A DNA stretch of 64,000 bases, from assembly GCA_003707115.1 (NCBI GenBank), contig PPNB01000002.1, positions 186,001 to 250,000 on the forward strand, given 5' to 3'. This DNA comes from Tortispora ganteri. Taxonomy: Eukaryota. Positions 32,887 to 43,010 of the stretch are shown in pieces. Position 1 is the first letter of the stretch; each line of letters starts with the position of its first letter. The notes under the pieces are model-generated. The model searched no databases and was not told the origin of the DNA. It saw only the letters and a program-made list of their open reading frames with translations. The translations under genes and the position numbers were made by a program.

Positions 32887-35800
32887 TTAAACATAAATCT
32901 CTTGAAGAGAGGATTGCAATAGCTTGAAGTCATAATAGCCAGCAACAGTATAATATGCTTGCAGGTCCTCGGCAACTGTAGATCTGGGTATTACTTCACC
33001 CCATTCTCCAGAACATTCGCAATATAATCGTAGATTTCCATCCCGGATACGCTTGCATTTTCGACATTGAAGATCTTGCATTTGATATTTCAGCAATTTT
33101 TGTTCTACTGAGCTGATAAGAAGTTCTTCAATTGCAACTTTGCTCAAATAGCTTCCACAAGCCTTGCACTTCAAAGTAATATTATGGTTTTCTCCAGAGA
33201 TTGATCCAGAGAACAAGTTTTCATCACGGCAAAAGTCAATATCCATTACGAAACTGCAATTTTCACATACAACAGATCTCAAAATCACAGATTTAGCAGG
33301 ATTTTTAAAAATAGATTCCTCAGAGAACTCGCTAACATTTAGCCGTTTTAAAAGATCTTTTCTGAGAATACGGACCGTGTTTTCAGTCTCTGGTATTAGT
33401 TCAAATACTGCAGTGACAAACTTGACCATTTCAAGAGCAGGATTGCTCATTGGCAAGTATGATCCAGGAAGTTGAGGGAACTCAAATTCAGCTTTTTCTT
33501 CTGGAGACAAACTAGGATCAGTTTGTTGAGATATAAGCTTAGCAATGTACTGCTTTAAAGGTTTGCTTATCTTTTTAATCACCAGTCTTAGCAACTTTTC
33601 ACGATCACTCTTTACAGGATCTTTATCCTTTAAGTCTGATTCGATATTATCATCTTGGTAGTCTTCGAATTCATTTTGATCAATTCTCACAGCTGCAGAA
33701 ATATCGCTGTTTTGAAGGGATTCGTTAATAACTTTCATTGCATTGGCAAATTCAATCACATATCCATCAAATTCCGACTGAAGCGCTGCGGGTAGATATG
33801 ATTTTATTAACCATCCACTAAGAAGCTCAAGGTTTTGCTCACCGTTTTCAGATATCTTGCGTGTAGCAAATCCTGCGTAGTTTTCTTGATCCATCCACAA
33901 AAGGTACTGCCAGTATTCTGTAACTCGTAAATCTAGGTATTTAAACAAATCGGTGTCACGTATACTCTTGACTAAATAGGATGCATAAGAACAAGCGGAT
34001 GATATGTGATTTTTACTGGTTTGCACAAGCAATCGGTTCATATCTGCATGAATCACAGTGCACCCCAGTTTGCGTAATCCGGAAACCAGTTGCAAATATG
34101 CACGCTTCGCTAACAGCATTAAGTGGTAATGCAAGTAAGAGTTATATAGCTTTGATTGAGGCGATATACACCATCCAATAACGTTCTGAAGCAGAATATC
34201 AGCATTAAGATTACCCTTTAGTGCATCTTTCCACCAAACTTGTACTGCTTCGCATAGAATCGCTACTGCTGGCATAGTGAACATATTGTCTGCGTATTCG
34301 TTTGTTCTTGAATCGTCACCTTGCGAGGATTTGAATGGAATGCTAGAATATCCTTCCAAGCTGCTTATCTCCACAGCGGACAGAAGGCTACTTAGGAGCA
34401 AGTTCTTTATATCCATATCTAAAGAGACAAAGTTGTAGGATCCCGCAGTATTGATAGTAGGTATAAAGGCATCATCTAACAAACTGAAAACTTTGTCCTT
34501 CTCGTGTCCACCATGGTCCGCAGATAGTCCTCCTGACCACCACAGCACACAATTAGATTCTTTCAGTTTTCGAGCATAAGCAATATCCACAACATACCGT
34601 GAGTCTCCAGGTTTCAAGTTTCCAGGAGGGATACCACTATATGCTGCCATGCTCTTGACATGGTCTAGCCAGTTTCCTAGACCCATAATATGACCTACTA
34701 TCTTTTTACTTGCCGCTGTGTTCCATCCAATAACTGGCAATGTATATTCTGTGAGATGAACGTTCAAATCAATGAATGGAATATCTTTCAAAGAAGAGTA
34801 CCTTGAGACAATGTCGGCTGTGCTTATTCCCTGCACAACGCAGATCGTTTTTGAGGAAAAGCCGCTAAATACTGCATTAAGCGATTTTTCAAACTTCTTA
34901 GCCTTATTGTGGTATTCCATAGTAAACTCCAGTTCGCTAGGGTAAGAAAATATTGATTCGTCTAGTCGTCCTTTCGCTTTCTTTCTCTCACAATGCTCCT
35001 TATACATTCGCGCCATGCTAGGTAACTTATCGCCTGATTTTGGCCCATCAAATGTAATAATTCGGGGAGAATGTTGTTGATTGAGATGCATGATGGTGTA
35101 TATTTCACGGTCTAATGCTTTCAAGCGGAGCACGTACACCAAGTTAACATCTTGACTCTTCAAACAACTTTGCGACTTGTCATTGACTTTCTTGAGGGTT
35201 GATATGTGAAATCCATCGTCTATTCCTGCGCCAAGCACTCCAGGAATACTTAAATCTACCCTGCACCGACTTCCAAGAGCAATAATAGCTCTCTGCACGT
35301 GGTCAATTTTTGTTTCGTACACTCCTTCAACTGAAGGATGGTAAAGTATGCTGTTGAAATCCTCCTTTAATGCTAGATATCCTACCTCGTCGATTTCAAG
35401 CTTGTAAAGATTGTCTGACGAGAATCCATTTGGTAAAATATCATAAGATTTGGTAAATTGAGCGGAATCCGGAAGATCAGTATGAGGAATGTCACCAGTT
35501 ACAAAATTGATGTAAACAGTCCGGGGAACAATTATCCTAACAGAGCGGATTGTATTATCATTCTTGACAAAACAACGTAAAAGCCCAGGAGCATCGGTAG
35601 ATCTAATCTCAACGATATTCCAAACAGAGCTCAAAGCACCTTCAAGGCTTCTCGTCGACATAACTCGAATGTCGTTTCCAGCAACATTATTAAGACGGTC
35701 GCCAAATAAATGACGACGACGCTCTCGAGTCGCTTTTTGATGTTTCCACTTTTTCTTCTGATACATCAGCCATGACACATAATCATCCAGTTCCGACGGC

Positions 35801-38800
35801 TTTTCTTCAGGGACTGCTGCAACTTCAGTAGGTTCAAAAATCTCTGTTTCCTTGATAGAGCGTTTTCGTTTAATTACCAGAGCATTTTTAATACCAGTTT
35901 TAAGTTCTTTTTTCTGTCCAAAATCTTCCACGTCTTCAAGAGGTACATGAGCTTTGTTGGTAACATCACTCATAGGTTTCTTCTTCTTTACTAGCATACT
36001 AGTGAGTTTCAACTGCCTGGAATTACCGCTAGTCATTCTAGCCTTCAACCAATCTGGCTCAGCTAGTCTAGGAACAGGATTAGATATTCCTTGAAGACCT
36101 GCTGGGATAATAATGAGTTTTAGAATCATGTTTCCTAGTCGCTGAGCGTAGTAAGACCAATCAATAATAGTGCGAAGATTAAAATCAGTCAAGGATGAAT
36201 CTTTTAGCCATTTCCTCAGATAAAATGCTTTATCCTCCAAACTGGCCGAAAAAATAGCAACCGGTACAGCGCGTTCTGCTACAGGTGCATTCTTAGGGCG
36301 CGCAGAAATGATAAATTTGCAAGCAAGACCTTTATCCTTAACCATACTGCTACCAAGAAACTCTGAAAGACGCTTAGCAGTAGTAATAGAAGTAGATTTC
36401 TGCTCTCCATATTCTTCCAAGCTCTTAGACATGCTCCTGTTCTCACTAATCAAATCTATGACTTCTGAATCAGCTAAAAGCGCGCCTTTAGAGTCAAGAA
36501 CATCAAGCCATTGGTTGGCAACTTTGGCAACCGCAGCATAGCATTCTTTAAGATCACTTCCTTCAAGAAAAACTTTGAAAATACCAGACTGAAAGATTTT
36601 AATTAGTTGTAGTTCTCCTCGGCGCTTGATTTCAAAGCCTTTCAGTTCAGCTAAAGAGCCGTCGTCATTAAAAACAGCGTATCTCTTCTTTAGGTTCTTG
36701 TCTTCCTCGGTAGATGTTGGTAAAACCATAGCCTTGTATGGTCCATCCACTTCAAAGAAGATACTATTCTCGCTTGTCAGGGAATATTGGAGCGATTTCT
36801 TATCAACCAGTGTTTCGTACTGAGGATTTGTAAACTTTTCATGCACCATTGCGTTCAAAACCACGCAGGGATAAGAAAGAGTTATAGGCTTTCCTTCTTT
36901 AAGCGTGATTTTGTAGTTTTCAGGAAATGATTTAGGGATGATACACCAAATTCCATCGGTATCCAGCTCTAACGGCCTTCCAACACGCTCGACTATAGAA
37001 CGAGCCATCTGAATAATTGTTGCACCAGTTAAACATGTAATTCCAGCCATCTCCATAGAATACCAGCGAGAGCCTTTTCGCATGACATAGCCGTAAAAGG
37101 AGTTCAAAATACATTTGTGCGCAAGTTGTAAAGAATCGTATAGTACTATCATCTTTTCGGCCTCCTCTTTGGCAATAGCATCATTTGCAGGAACTTCGCT
37201 TGCTTTCTTCTTCCAAACTTTCTGTAGGTTCTTGAATTCGTACCGACGATCACGAAAATCCTTCACTGTATTAACATAGAACGGGTTTTCTCGCTGGCAT
37301 ATGACTGCAGTGCGCTCTACTGTCTCCGCCTCTCTCATTTTGTGATAAGTTTTCCTGGAGTAAATACCTAGCCGTTTGCGCAAAGCAGCAGATTTATCAG
37401 ATGCAGGCAGTTGATTCCATAGCCTCGGCTCACCGCCAGGATACCTAGGGGGGAATTTTTCCTTCTGAAGCTGAGCTTTTACCATATTGTACTCTTCGTT
37501 AGTTGGAGGAAAATATTCACCTCTCCACATCCAAGGCAATCGGCGATCGCATGTTTTTCCGGGTTTATTGAAATCACAAACAGCACAATCTGCTTCAGTC
37601 ACCACTGAATCTGGTTGAAGACGATTGGTAATCATGATGTTCGGGTACATTGAAGAAACATCGAGGTGATAAATCTGAGGACATTCAGTCCTCACGGGAT
37701 TATCTCTGAGGTCTATTAGTTTTGAGCGTATTCCTTCATAAATTTCATCGTAATTCTCAACATCATCTAAGCTCTTTCCATTCTCGACTTCAATTGCAAA
37801 CTTTAAAGAGTTGTGAAGATTGGCTAACAGCTCGTCAAAAGCAGTTGGATCCATTCTGAATTTGGATGGAATATCTGATCTGAACACACCTGCTTCTAAA
37901 GACTCGACGTGTCCTCCAACATATGTTTCACTTTCTACCAAATGTCCTTTGTAAAAGCGATCATGTCTGTCTGTGTATTTATTAGGGAATATAATATCAT
38001 TCTGAAACGCCTGGACCATAAGAAGCATTTCGCAAAGTGTACCTGTACCCTTACGAAGTACTTCATCTGGGTTAAGCGGAATGATGTTGCAAAGTGAGAA
38101 AATGAAAGGATGCACGTATTTCATGTAAAGGTAATATGTAGCAACGGCATCTGAAACAGAGTATTCGGCCAATACTTGAGGTTTTTCATATGCATAAGGA
38201 GTCATTAGCTCGGGGTCTAGCTCGTTAGGATTGTAGCCGAGTTTGCTAGTAGTAACAGCTTTCAGGCCTTGACTTCCTTGTGGCAAGTAACTGTCGCGTT
38301 TCACCCATCTAAAAGCGTCCATGTGAGCGCAGTGTCGCGATTTGTACTCATCTTCAGAATCTTTGCTGAATCCTATTTCTTCGTACATATTGAGGCCATG
38401 AAAATTGGCTCTGGCGTCCACAAAGGGCCAATCGAAGAAATCACCGTTGTATGTGACAATTACATTAGGACCAGCCTCCCGTATGTGTTCAAAAAACCGT
38501 TCCAGAACGGCTTTTTCTCCTTCTTCATTAAAAATAGTAAATACTCCAGGATATTCTGGTTTAGGAGTGTATTCGAAATCATCTATATCCTCGCTAACGA
38601 TGTCCCTGTTGGTTATTAGGTAACCTTCGCCGTCGATCATATAAGATATCATCATTATTCTGTCTTTCTTGGCATCTGGAAATTTGAGCGTATCTTTAGT
38701 TGTCTCTATATCAAAAGCAAGGACCACAGGATCAGGTCGGTACACGCGATCAGTAAGTTCTGTGACCTTAGTTTCGCCATTAACTGCCTCAACCTCGTAC

Positions 38801-39507
38801 CATTTACCAATACGTATAGCTTTGTCGATAGCCACACGGACGTGGTAAGGAACGTCATACTCTCTAATATCAACTATGCATTCTGAAAATTCTCTGACAC
38901 TTGCAGGCTCGCCATTAAAATCAATATCAAAGCCACGTGAGCTGTAATCGGTGAACGCGTCCGAAAGAGAATTGGTAGAAGCCGGTTTGACTATTCCAAA
39001 CAGAGTTTTACGCGCTTGCAGCAAAAGGGGGATAGTGTTAAATGTGAGTTTTATGAAATGTCGACGTTTTCCTACCAAATGATTAGCAAGATCAAGATCT
39101 TCTTTTGTAATTCTAGTAGTATGCTTGACCGTGTCAACAAGCAGTCTCCTTAGATACTCCTCGACGTCTGCTTCGGTTCCCGGTTTGCACGCAACAAGAA
39201 AGTAGGGGTCAAACACAACGGTAGCTTTGAAAGTGCCACCAGTTTCTGAAAGGAAATAATAGTCAACAGCAGCACGTTCTTGCTTTTTATTGTCGCTTAT
39301 ATCATCAAAATAAGTAGTACTATGCATATTGAACATCCAGCCTATCTTCTTCGGTCCTGATTCGTAACGCGGGAACCCGAATCGAGCATCCATCTCGTCG
39401 ATCTTTTTAGTGTCTCCACGCAAATCGACAACTGTTGCCTTAGGTCCAAATTGCTTATACCCTTTCGCATTGTAACTGGACTTTTTATCGCCACTTTTCA
39501 CTGCCAT
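32887..39507 (-). CDS. POL2: DNA polymerase epsilon catalytic subunit
   Basis: Exonuclease FDIETTK, polymerase LDVSSMYPN and ELDTDG, C-terminal CysA/CysB motifs (CENC..CKAC; CRKC..CEC). First ATG at 39507. Confidence 0.98.
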   Translation of the reverse strand: MAVKSGDKKSSYNAKGYKQFGPKATVVDLRGDTKKIDEMDARFGFPRYESGPKKIGWMFNMHSTTYFDDISDNKKQERAAVDYYFLSETGGTFKATVVFDPYFLVACKPGTEADVEEYLRRLLVDTVKHTTRITKEDLDLANHLVGKRRHFIKLTFNTIPLLLQARKTLFGIVKPASTNSLSDAFTDYSSRGFDIDFNGEPASVREFSECIVDIREYDVPYHVRVAIDKAIRIGKWYEVEAVNGETKVTELTDRVYRPDPVVLAFDIETTKDTLKFPDAKKDRIMMISYMIDGEGYLITNRDIVSEDIDDFEYTPKPEYPGVFTIFNEEGEKAVLERFFEHIREAGPNVIVTYNGDFFDWPFVDARANFHGLNMYEEIGFSKDSEDEYKSRHCAHMDAFRWVKRDSYLPQGSQGLKAVTTSKLGYNPNELDPELMTPYAYEKPQVLAEYSVSDAVATYYLYMKYVHPFIFSLCNIIPLNPDEVLRKGTGTLCEMLLMVQAFQNDIIFPNKYTDRHDRFYKGHLVESETYVGGHVESLEAGVFRSDIPSKFRMDPTAFDELLANLHNSLKFAIEVENGKSLDDVENYDEIYEGIRSKLIDLRDNPVRTECPQIYHLDVSSMYPNIMITNRLQPDSVVTEADCAVCDFNKPGKTCDRRLPWMWRGEYFPPTNEEYNMVKAQLQKEKFPPRYPGGEPRLWNQLPASDKSAALRKRLGIYSRKTYHKMREAETVERTAVICQRENPFYVNTVKDFRDRRYEFKNLQKVWKKKASEVPANDAIAKEEAEKMIVLYDSLQLAHKCILNSFYGYVMRKGSRWYSMEMAGITCLTGATIIQMARSIVERVGRPLELDTDGIWCIIPKSFPENYKITLKEGKPITLSYPCVVLNAMVHEKFTNPQYETLVDKKSLQYSLTSENSIFFEVDGPYKAMVLPTSTEEDKNLKKRYAVFNDDGSLAELKGFEIKRRGELQLIKIFQSGIFKVFLEGSDLKECYAAVAKVANQWLDVLDSKGALLADSEVIDLISENRSMSKSLEEYGEQKSTSITTAKRLSEFLGSSMVKDKGLACKFIISARPKNAPVAERAVPVAIFSASLEDKAFYLRKWLKDSSLTDFNLRTIIDWSYYAQRLGNMILKLIIIPAGLQGISNPVPRLAEPDWLKARMTSGNSRQLKLTSMLVKKKKPMSDVTNKAHVPLEDVEDFGQKKELKTGIKNALVIKRKRSIKETEIFEPTEVAAVPEEKPSELDDYVSWLMYQKKKWKHQKATRERRRHLFGDRLNNVAGNDIRVMSTRSLEGALSSVWNIVEIRSTDAPGLLRCFVKNDNTIRSVRIIVPRTVYINFVTGDIPHTDLPDSAQFTKSYDILPNGFSSDNLYKLEIDEVGYLALKEDFNSILYHPSVEGVYETKIDHVQRAIIALGSRCRVDLSIPGVLGAGIDDGFHISTLKKVNDKSQSCLKSQDVNLVYVLRLKALDREIYTIMHLNQQHSPRIITFDGPKSGDKLPSMARMYKEHCERKKAKGRLDESIFSYPSELEFTMEYHNKAKKFEKSLNAVFSGFSSKTICVVQGISTADIVSRYSSLKDIPFIDLNVHLTEYTLPVIGWNTAASKKIVGHIMGLGNWLDHVKSMAAYSGIPPGNLKPGDSRYVVDIAYARKLKESNCVLWWSGGLSADHGGHEKDKVFSLLDDAFIPTINTAGSYNFVSLDMDIKNLLLSSLLSAVEISSLEGYSSIPFKSSQGDDSRTNEYADNMFTMPAVAILCEAVQVWWKDALKGNLNADILLQNVIGWCISPQSKLYNSYLHYHLMLLAKRAYLQLVSGLRKLGCTVIHADMNRLLVQTSKNHISSACSYASYLVKSIRDTDLFKYLDLRVTEYWQYLLWMDQENYAGFATRKISENGEQNLELLSGWLIKSYLPAALQSEFDGYVIEFANAMKVINESLQNSDISAAVRIDQNEFEDYQDDNIESDLKDKDPVKSDREKLLRLVIKKISKPLKQYIAKLISQQTDPSLSPEEKAEFEFPQLPGSYLPMSNPALEMVKFVTAVFELIPETENTVRILRKDLLKRLNVSEFSEESIFKNPAKSVILRSVVCENCSFVMDIDFCRDENLFSGSISGENHNITLKCKACGSYLSKVAIEELLISSVEQKLLKYQMQDLQCRKCKRIRDGNLRLYCECSGEWGEVIPRSTVAEDLQAYYTVAGYYDFKLLQSSLQEIYV

Positions 39508-39567
39508 TGTGTGTGTAAAAACACCGGTGCACAATGAAATTCAAGCAAGCTTAAGTTCGTGTCGCGG

Positions 39568-39588
39568 ACGCGTTAACGGGTTTCGCGT
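39568..39588. promoter_or_regulatory. MCB-like cell-cycle boxes upstream of POL2
   Basis: ACGCGT at 39568-39573 and TCGCGT at 39583-39588, 60-80 bp upstream of the POL2 ATG. MBF regulation of replication genes is established in yeasts. Confidence 0.6.
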
Positions 39589-40260
39589 TACTGTTGGAAG
39601 ACGGTTGTCAAGGGCACAATATTCCCAAACCGTAATTTTAGTACTAGTATTTATTTACCCAACCTTCTTCAACAAAGTTGAACCTGCTGATAAATATCGT
39701 GATACTTCTGGGCTCTACAATATCATAAACCAGAGAAACCAGAATGGTTTTATGATTATTTTAATGAATTTATTATCCGCTATCAATGGTGTGATTTCAT
39801 TAACTTACTGACCTTATAAATAGACGTCCAATTGTCTCTGATCAAGACAAGGGAGACAAAGTCTTTCAAGAGTAACTTCTTAGCAGATTTAGACATCTGC
39901 ATAAAAGAGGAGACTCAACAACAACTCACTCTACGACATTTGAATATCGTACTATCAGAGGATTTTAGCTCAGACTCAACTACAGGTCAAGGTTTCCCTC
40001 TTTCTAATACTTCACGTACTTACACGTAGTTTCTCTCATTGTGTTGAAAACCCTAAGCCATAATGCCCTAATCCAAGTATTCCAACAGATTCACAGCTAG
40101 GCTGGAAACAATTGAACTCTATTTGTGAATCGAAACTCAGCAATCGATCAATTGAGCAGTTTCAAGACTTATATATATGTATTTGCAGAATTTTTGAGCT
40201 ATTTTGCATTTATTTCATATTTTTGTCTTTTATGAAACACTCATACTACTGAATTTAATT

Positions 40261-42120
40261 ATGTATTTAAAAAATGAAGCTATACAAGCGCTTTTATATC
40301 TGTCCGGCTCTGTAATTACAGCTTACGGTGCACACTCTATAGATTCAGTATATGTCGCAATACCACTGTTTATCTCTCTATTTTTACCTAAAATGACCAC
40401 ACAAATTGTCGGGTCTACTCTTGTCACTGTCATGATTATGATGTTCGGCCCTATTCCCGGCCTGGCGACGTGGCTCTGCTTATCGGAGACCTCTAGGACC
40501 TGGATAAAGGCCTGTTTGGTTCTAGTTTCCATAAGTCTCTTCGCTTTGACATCTAATTGTCATTATACTTCATTTGAATCATTGATGTTGACTATAATGT
40601 ACTGCATATATGTGGCGATACACTATGTGAAACGTCGCATATCCGTAGCCCTGATCGCGGCAACCGGAACCGCTCTTATGGTTTGGCAGATAACACATTC
40701 TACCTGGACAACGGATCTTCTAACGCCTATAGGACTTGGAATAGTTTATTGCGCTTTATTAACTATTAAAGATGGCTCATCGCTTTATATGCCACTGTTC
40801 ATAGCTTTATTATTGCCCACATACGCACTGGGTTATGTGATATTGCCAAATTCTAACGCCCAACATAATACCTCGCCATTCCTTTTGTTACTTAACTGTT
40901 CCGCTATATTGGGTATTCGATGGTCACTTTTGCATTACTCTGGTACATTTGACGATTTGTCTTATTTTATAAAGACTATACTGAAAAATCCTGAATCAAA
41001 GAGTATATTCTACTTCTTGATCCTGAACTTTGGATTCATGATAGTCCAGCTCATATACTCTCTCTATTCTCACAGTCTTGGGCTGTTATCTGATTCGGTA
41101 CATATGTTTTTCGACTGTTTAGCTTTGGTCGTTGGACTTGCTGCTTCCGTCCTTTCGCAAATACCGCCGTCTAGCAAGTTTCCTTACGGGTTTCGCATGA
41201 TAGAAAAAATCGCTGGTTTTGCCAACGCTGTTCTACTGATATTTATATCTATTGGTATTATAGCCGAAGCTTCTGAGCGATTTACAAATCCTGTAGCTTT
41301 AGAAAGAGTCACAGAACTGCTAATTGTTAGTACTCTGGGTTTATTTGTGAATCTTTACGGTATTTTTGCATTCCACCATGGCCATGATCATGGTCATGGT
41401 CATGGTCACAGTCACGAACATAAAGTCGATACTAAGCATACGCATAAGAATGGGCATCTTCGCACTCATTCGCATACTTATAATGTTCCAGTGGTTGAGA
41501 AGCCGGAGATATCTTTGCATTCAGTGCCTCATGATCATCATGACCACGATCACGACCACGACCACGATCACAATAGCCATAATCATGATCATGATCATGG
41601 ACACAGTCATAGCTCTCACTCAGACAATATATCGGGTATATTTCTGCATATATTAGCTGATACTATGGGCTCAGTTGGTGTTATAATATCTACCGCGCTG
41701 ACACTACTGTACGGATGGAACTGGACTGATCCGCTAGCATCTATTGTTATAGCAGTGCTGATTTTTATTTCTACTATTCCCTTATTATCGAGTTCTGCAA
41801 AAGGACTACTGCTAACGCTCTCGTACGAAGATGAGTACGCTATCAGGGCGATGTTAGATGATCTGTCGACTTCAATATCGCCAGCGATAGTGTCATTTTC
41901 CACGCCTAGATTCTGGGCCGATGAGTCCCAAGTCTATGGAATTATCCATGTGCAGGTAAAAAACAACACTTCAGCATCGGGTATGGCTCAAATAAGGAAA
42001 AAGATCATGGAACGTGCCGCGAAGTGTGGTGTACACGATCTTTCAATTCAGATCGACAAAGTCAACTCACTATGTTGGTGCGAATCACACCAGGTTGTAT
42101 CAGACGAAATAACGAAATGA
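40261..42120 (+). CDS. MSC2: Cation diffusion facilitator zinc transporter, Msc2/ZnT5-7 type
   Basis: Motifs SLGLLSDSVHMFFDC and FLHILADTMGSVGVI, a His-rich loop, and extra N-terminal TM segments. First ATG at 40261. Confidence 0.85.
   Translation: MYLKNEAIQALLYLSGSVITAYGAHSIDSVYVAIPLFISLFLPKMTTQIVGSTLVTVMIMMFGPIPGLATWLCLSETSRTWIKACLVLVSISLFALTSNCHYTSFESLMLTIMYCIYVAIHYVKRRISVALIAATGTALMVWQITHSTWTTDLLTPIGLGIVYCALLTIKDGSSLYMPLFIALLLPTYALGYVILPNSNAQHNTSPFLLLLNCSAILGIRWSLLHYSGTFDDLSYFIKTILKNPESKSIFYFLILNFGFMIVQLIYSLYSHSLGLLSDSVHMFFDCLALVVGLAASVLSQIPPSSKFPYGFRMIEKIAGFANAVLLIFISIGIIAEASERFTNPVALERVTELLIVSTLGLFVNLYGIFAFHHGHDHGHGHGHSHEHKVDTKHTHKNGHLRTHSHTYNVPVVEKPEISLHSVPHDHHDHDHDHDHDHNSHNHDHDHGHSHSSHSDNISGIFLHILADTMGSVGVIISTALTLLYGWNWTDPLASIVIAVLIFISTIPLLSSSAKGLLLTLSYEDEYAIRAMLDDLSTSISPAIVSFSTPRFWADESQVYGIIHVQVKNNTSASGMAQIRKKIMERAAKCGVHDLSIQIDKVNSLCWCESHQVVSDEITK
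41374..41610 (+). repeat. Coding His-rich hexamer repeats (CATGGT / CACGAC / CATGAT) in the MSC2 loop
   Basis: Imperfect tandem hexamers at about 41374-41421 and 41530-41610, encoding HG/HD repeats. Confidence 0.8.
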
Positions 42121-42171
42121 AATGATACGTGCATGTGAAATAGTAGACCGCATAACAAGAAGGGTCAGTGG

Positions 42172-42698
42172 TCACAATTGCCCTAACAAGTATCGAAACT
42201 TGTCGATGAATATAACCAATGGAATGAGCAAAGTCGGCAGGTACAGCATTATTAAATTCTTCTTATCATCCAGACTCAAACCCTCTTTGAATTCCCAGAT
42301 AGCGCATAGACAGGCCAGCGTAGTAATAGCGGCTTCCAGCGCGTAAGCAAGCAAATAAAGAGACGCTTTACGCGATCCCTTGAATAAGAAATATGGCAGT
42401 ATAAGAAATAGAGGTAACTGAAAAATGAGTTCAATCCATAAAAACGATTTAAGCCATAAAGGAGGATCAGCCATAAGCAGGTCATTGTTAGAAGATATGT
42501 GGAATTCTAATGTATTCTTCTGGAACTCTGCGAAAGAAGGAAATACGTTCTCGAACAGGTTAAGTGGAGCTAAATCGACACATATTGTGATTCCTGCGTG
42601 AATTGAGCTGACGATGTTAGATAATTATATCAATTGATTCAATAAAAATAATTAACTTACAGATATAGTGCATACAGCTTGTCTAATGAACGGCCCAT
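42172..42698 (-). CDS. EMA19: EXPERA-domain membrane protein, TMEM97/Ema19 family; two exons (42698-42661, 42607-42172)
   Basis: Spliced protein MGRSLDKLYALYLSIHAGITICVD...NNDLLMADPPLWLKSFLWIELIFQLP...AYALEAAITTLAC...YLPTLLIP. Confidence 0.82.
42608..42660 (-). other. Spliceosomal intron (53 nt) in the EMA19-like gene
   Basis: Minus-strand GTAAGT donor, TCTAAC branch point and CAG acceptor. Phase 2; extends the 100-aa track ORF to 157 aa. Confidence 0.85.
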
Positions 42699-43010
42699 GT
42701 TGGTTTTTAGACTTTTGGTGGTGCGTAAACAATCAAGTTAGGTTTTTCGTGCTTGATTTATAGCTTAATTAGCAAATTTCTGTTTTACCTGAAAACGACA
42801 AATCAGTATAAACCGTTAAAACAATTCTTAAAAAAAAAAATATGCACAGTATTTATACAAATATACACGCGGAACTAGCCTTCCAATGAATGTGCATCTG
42901 GAAATGCAGCCCAAATGTTAACTCGATGTGATATAATGAAACAGAACAAAACTCCATTTCGACACATCTACTACAACGCAAACGTCTTAATGCTCGTATC
43001 AGCAACAAGT

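Noticed and set aside
32887..39507. Intein or insertion in POL2
   Set aside because: Length of about 2206 aa and motif order are normal; no intein signatures seen.
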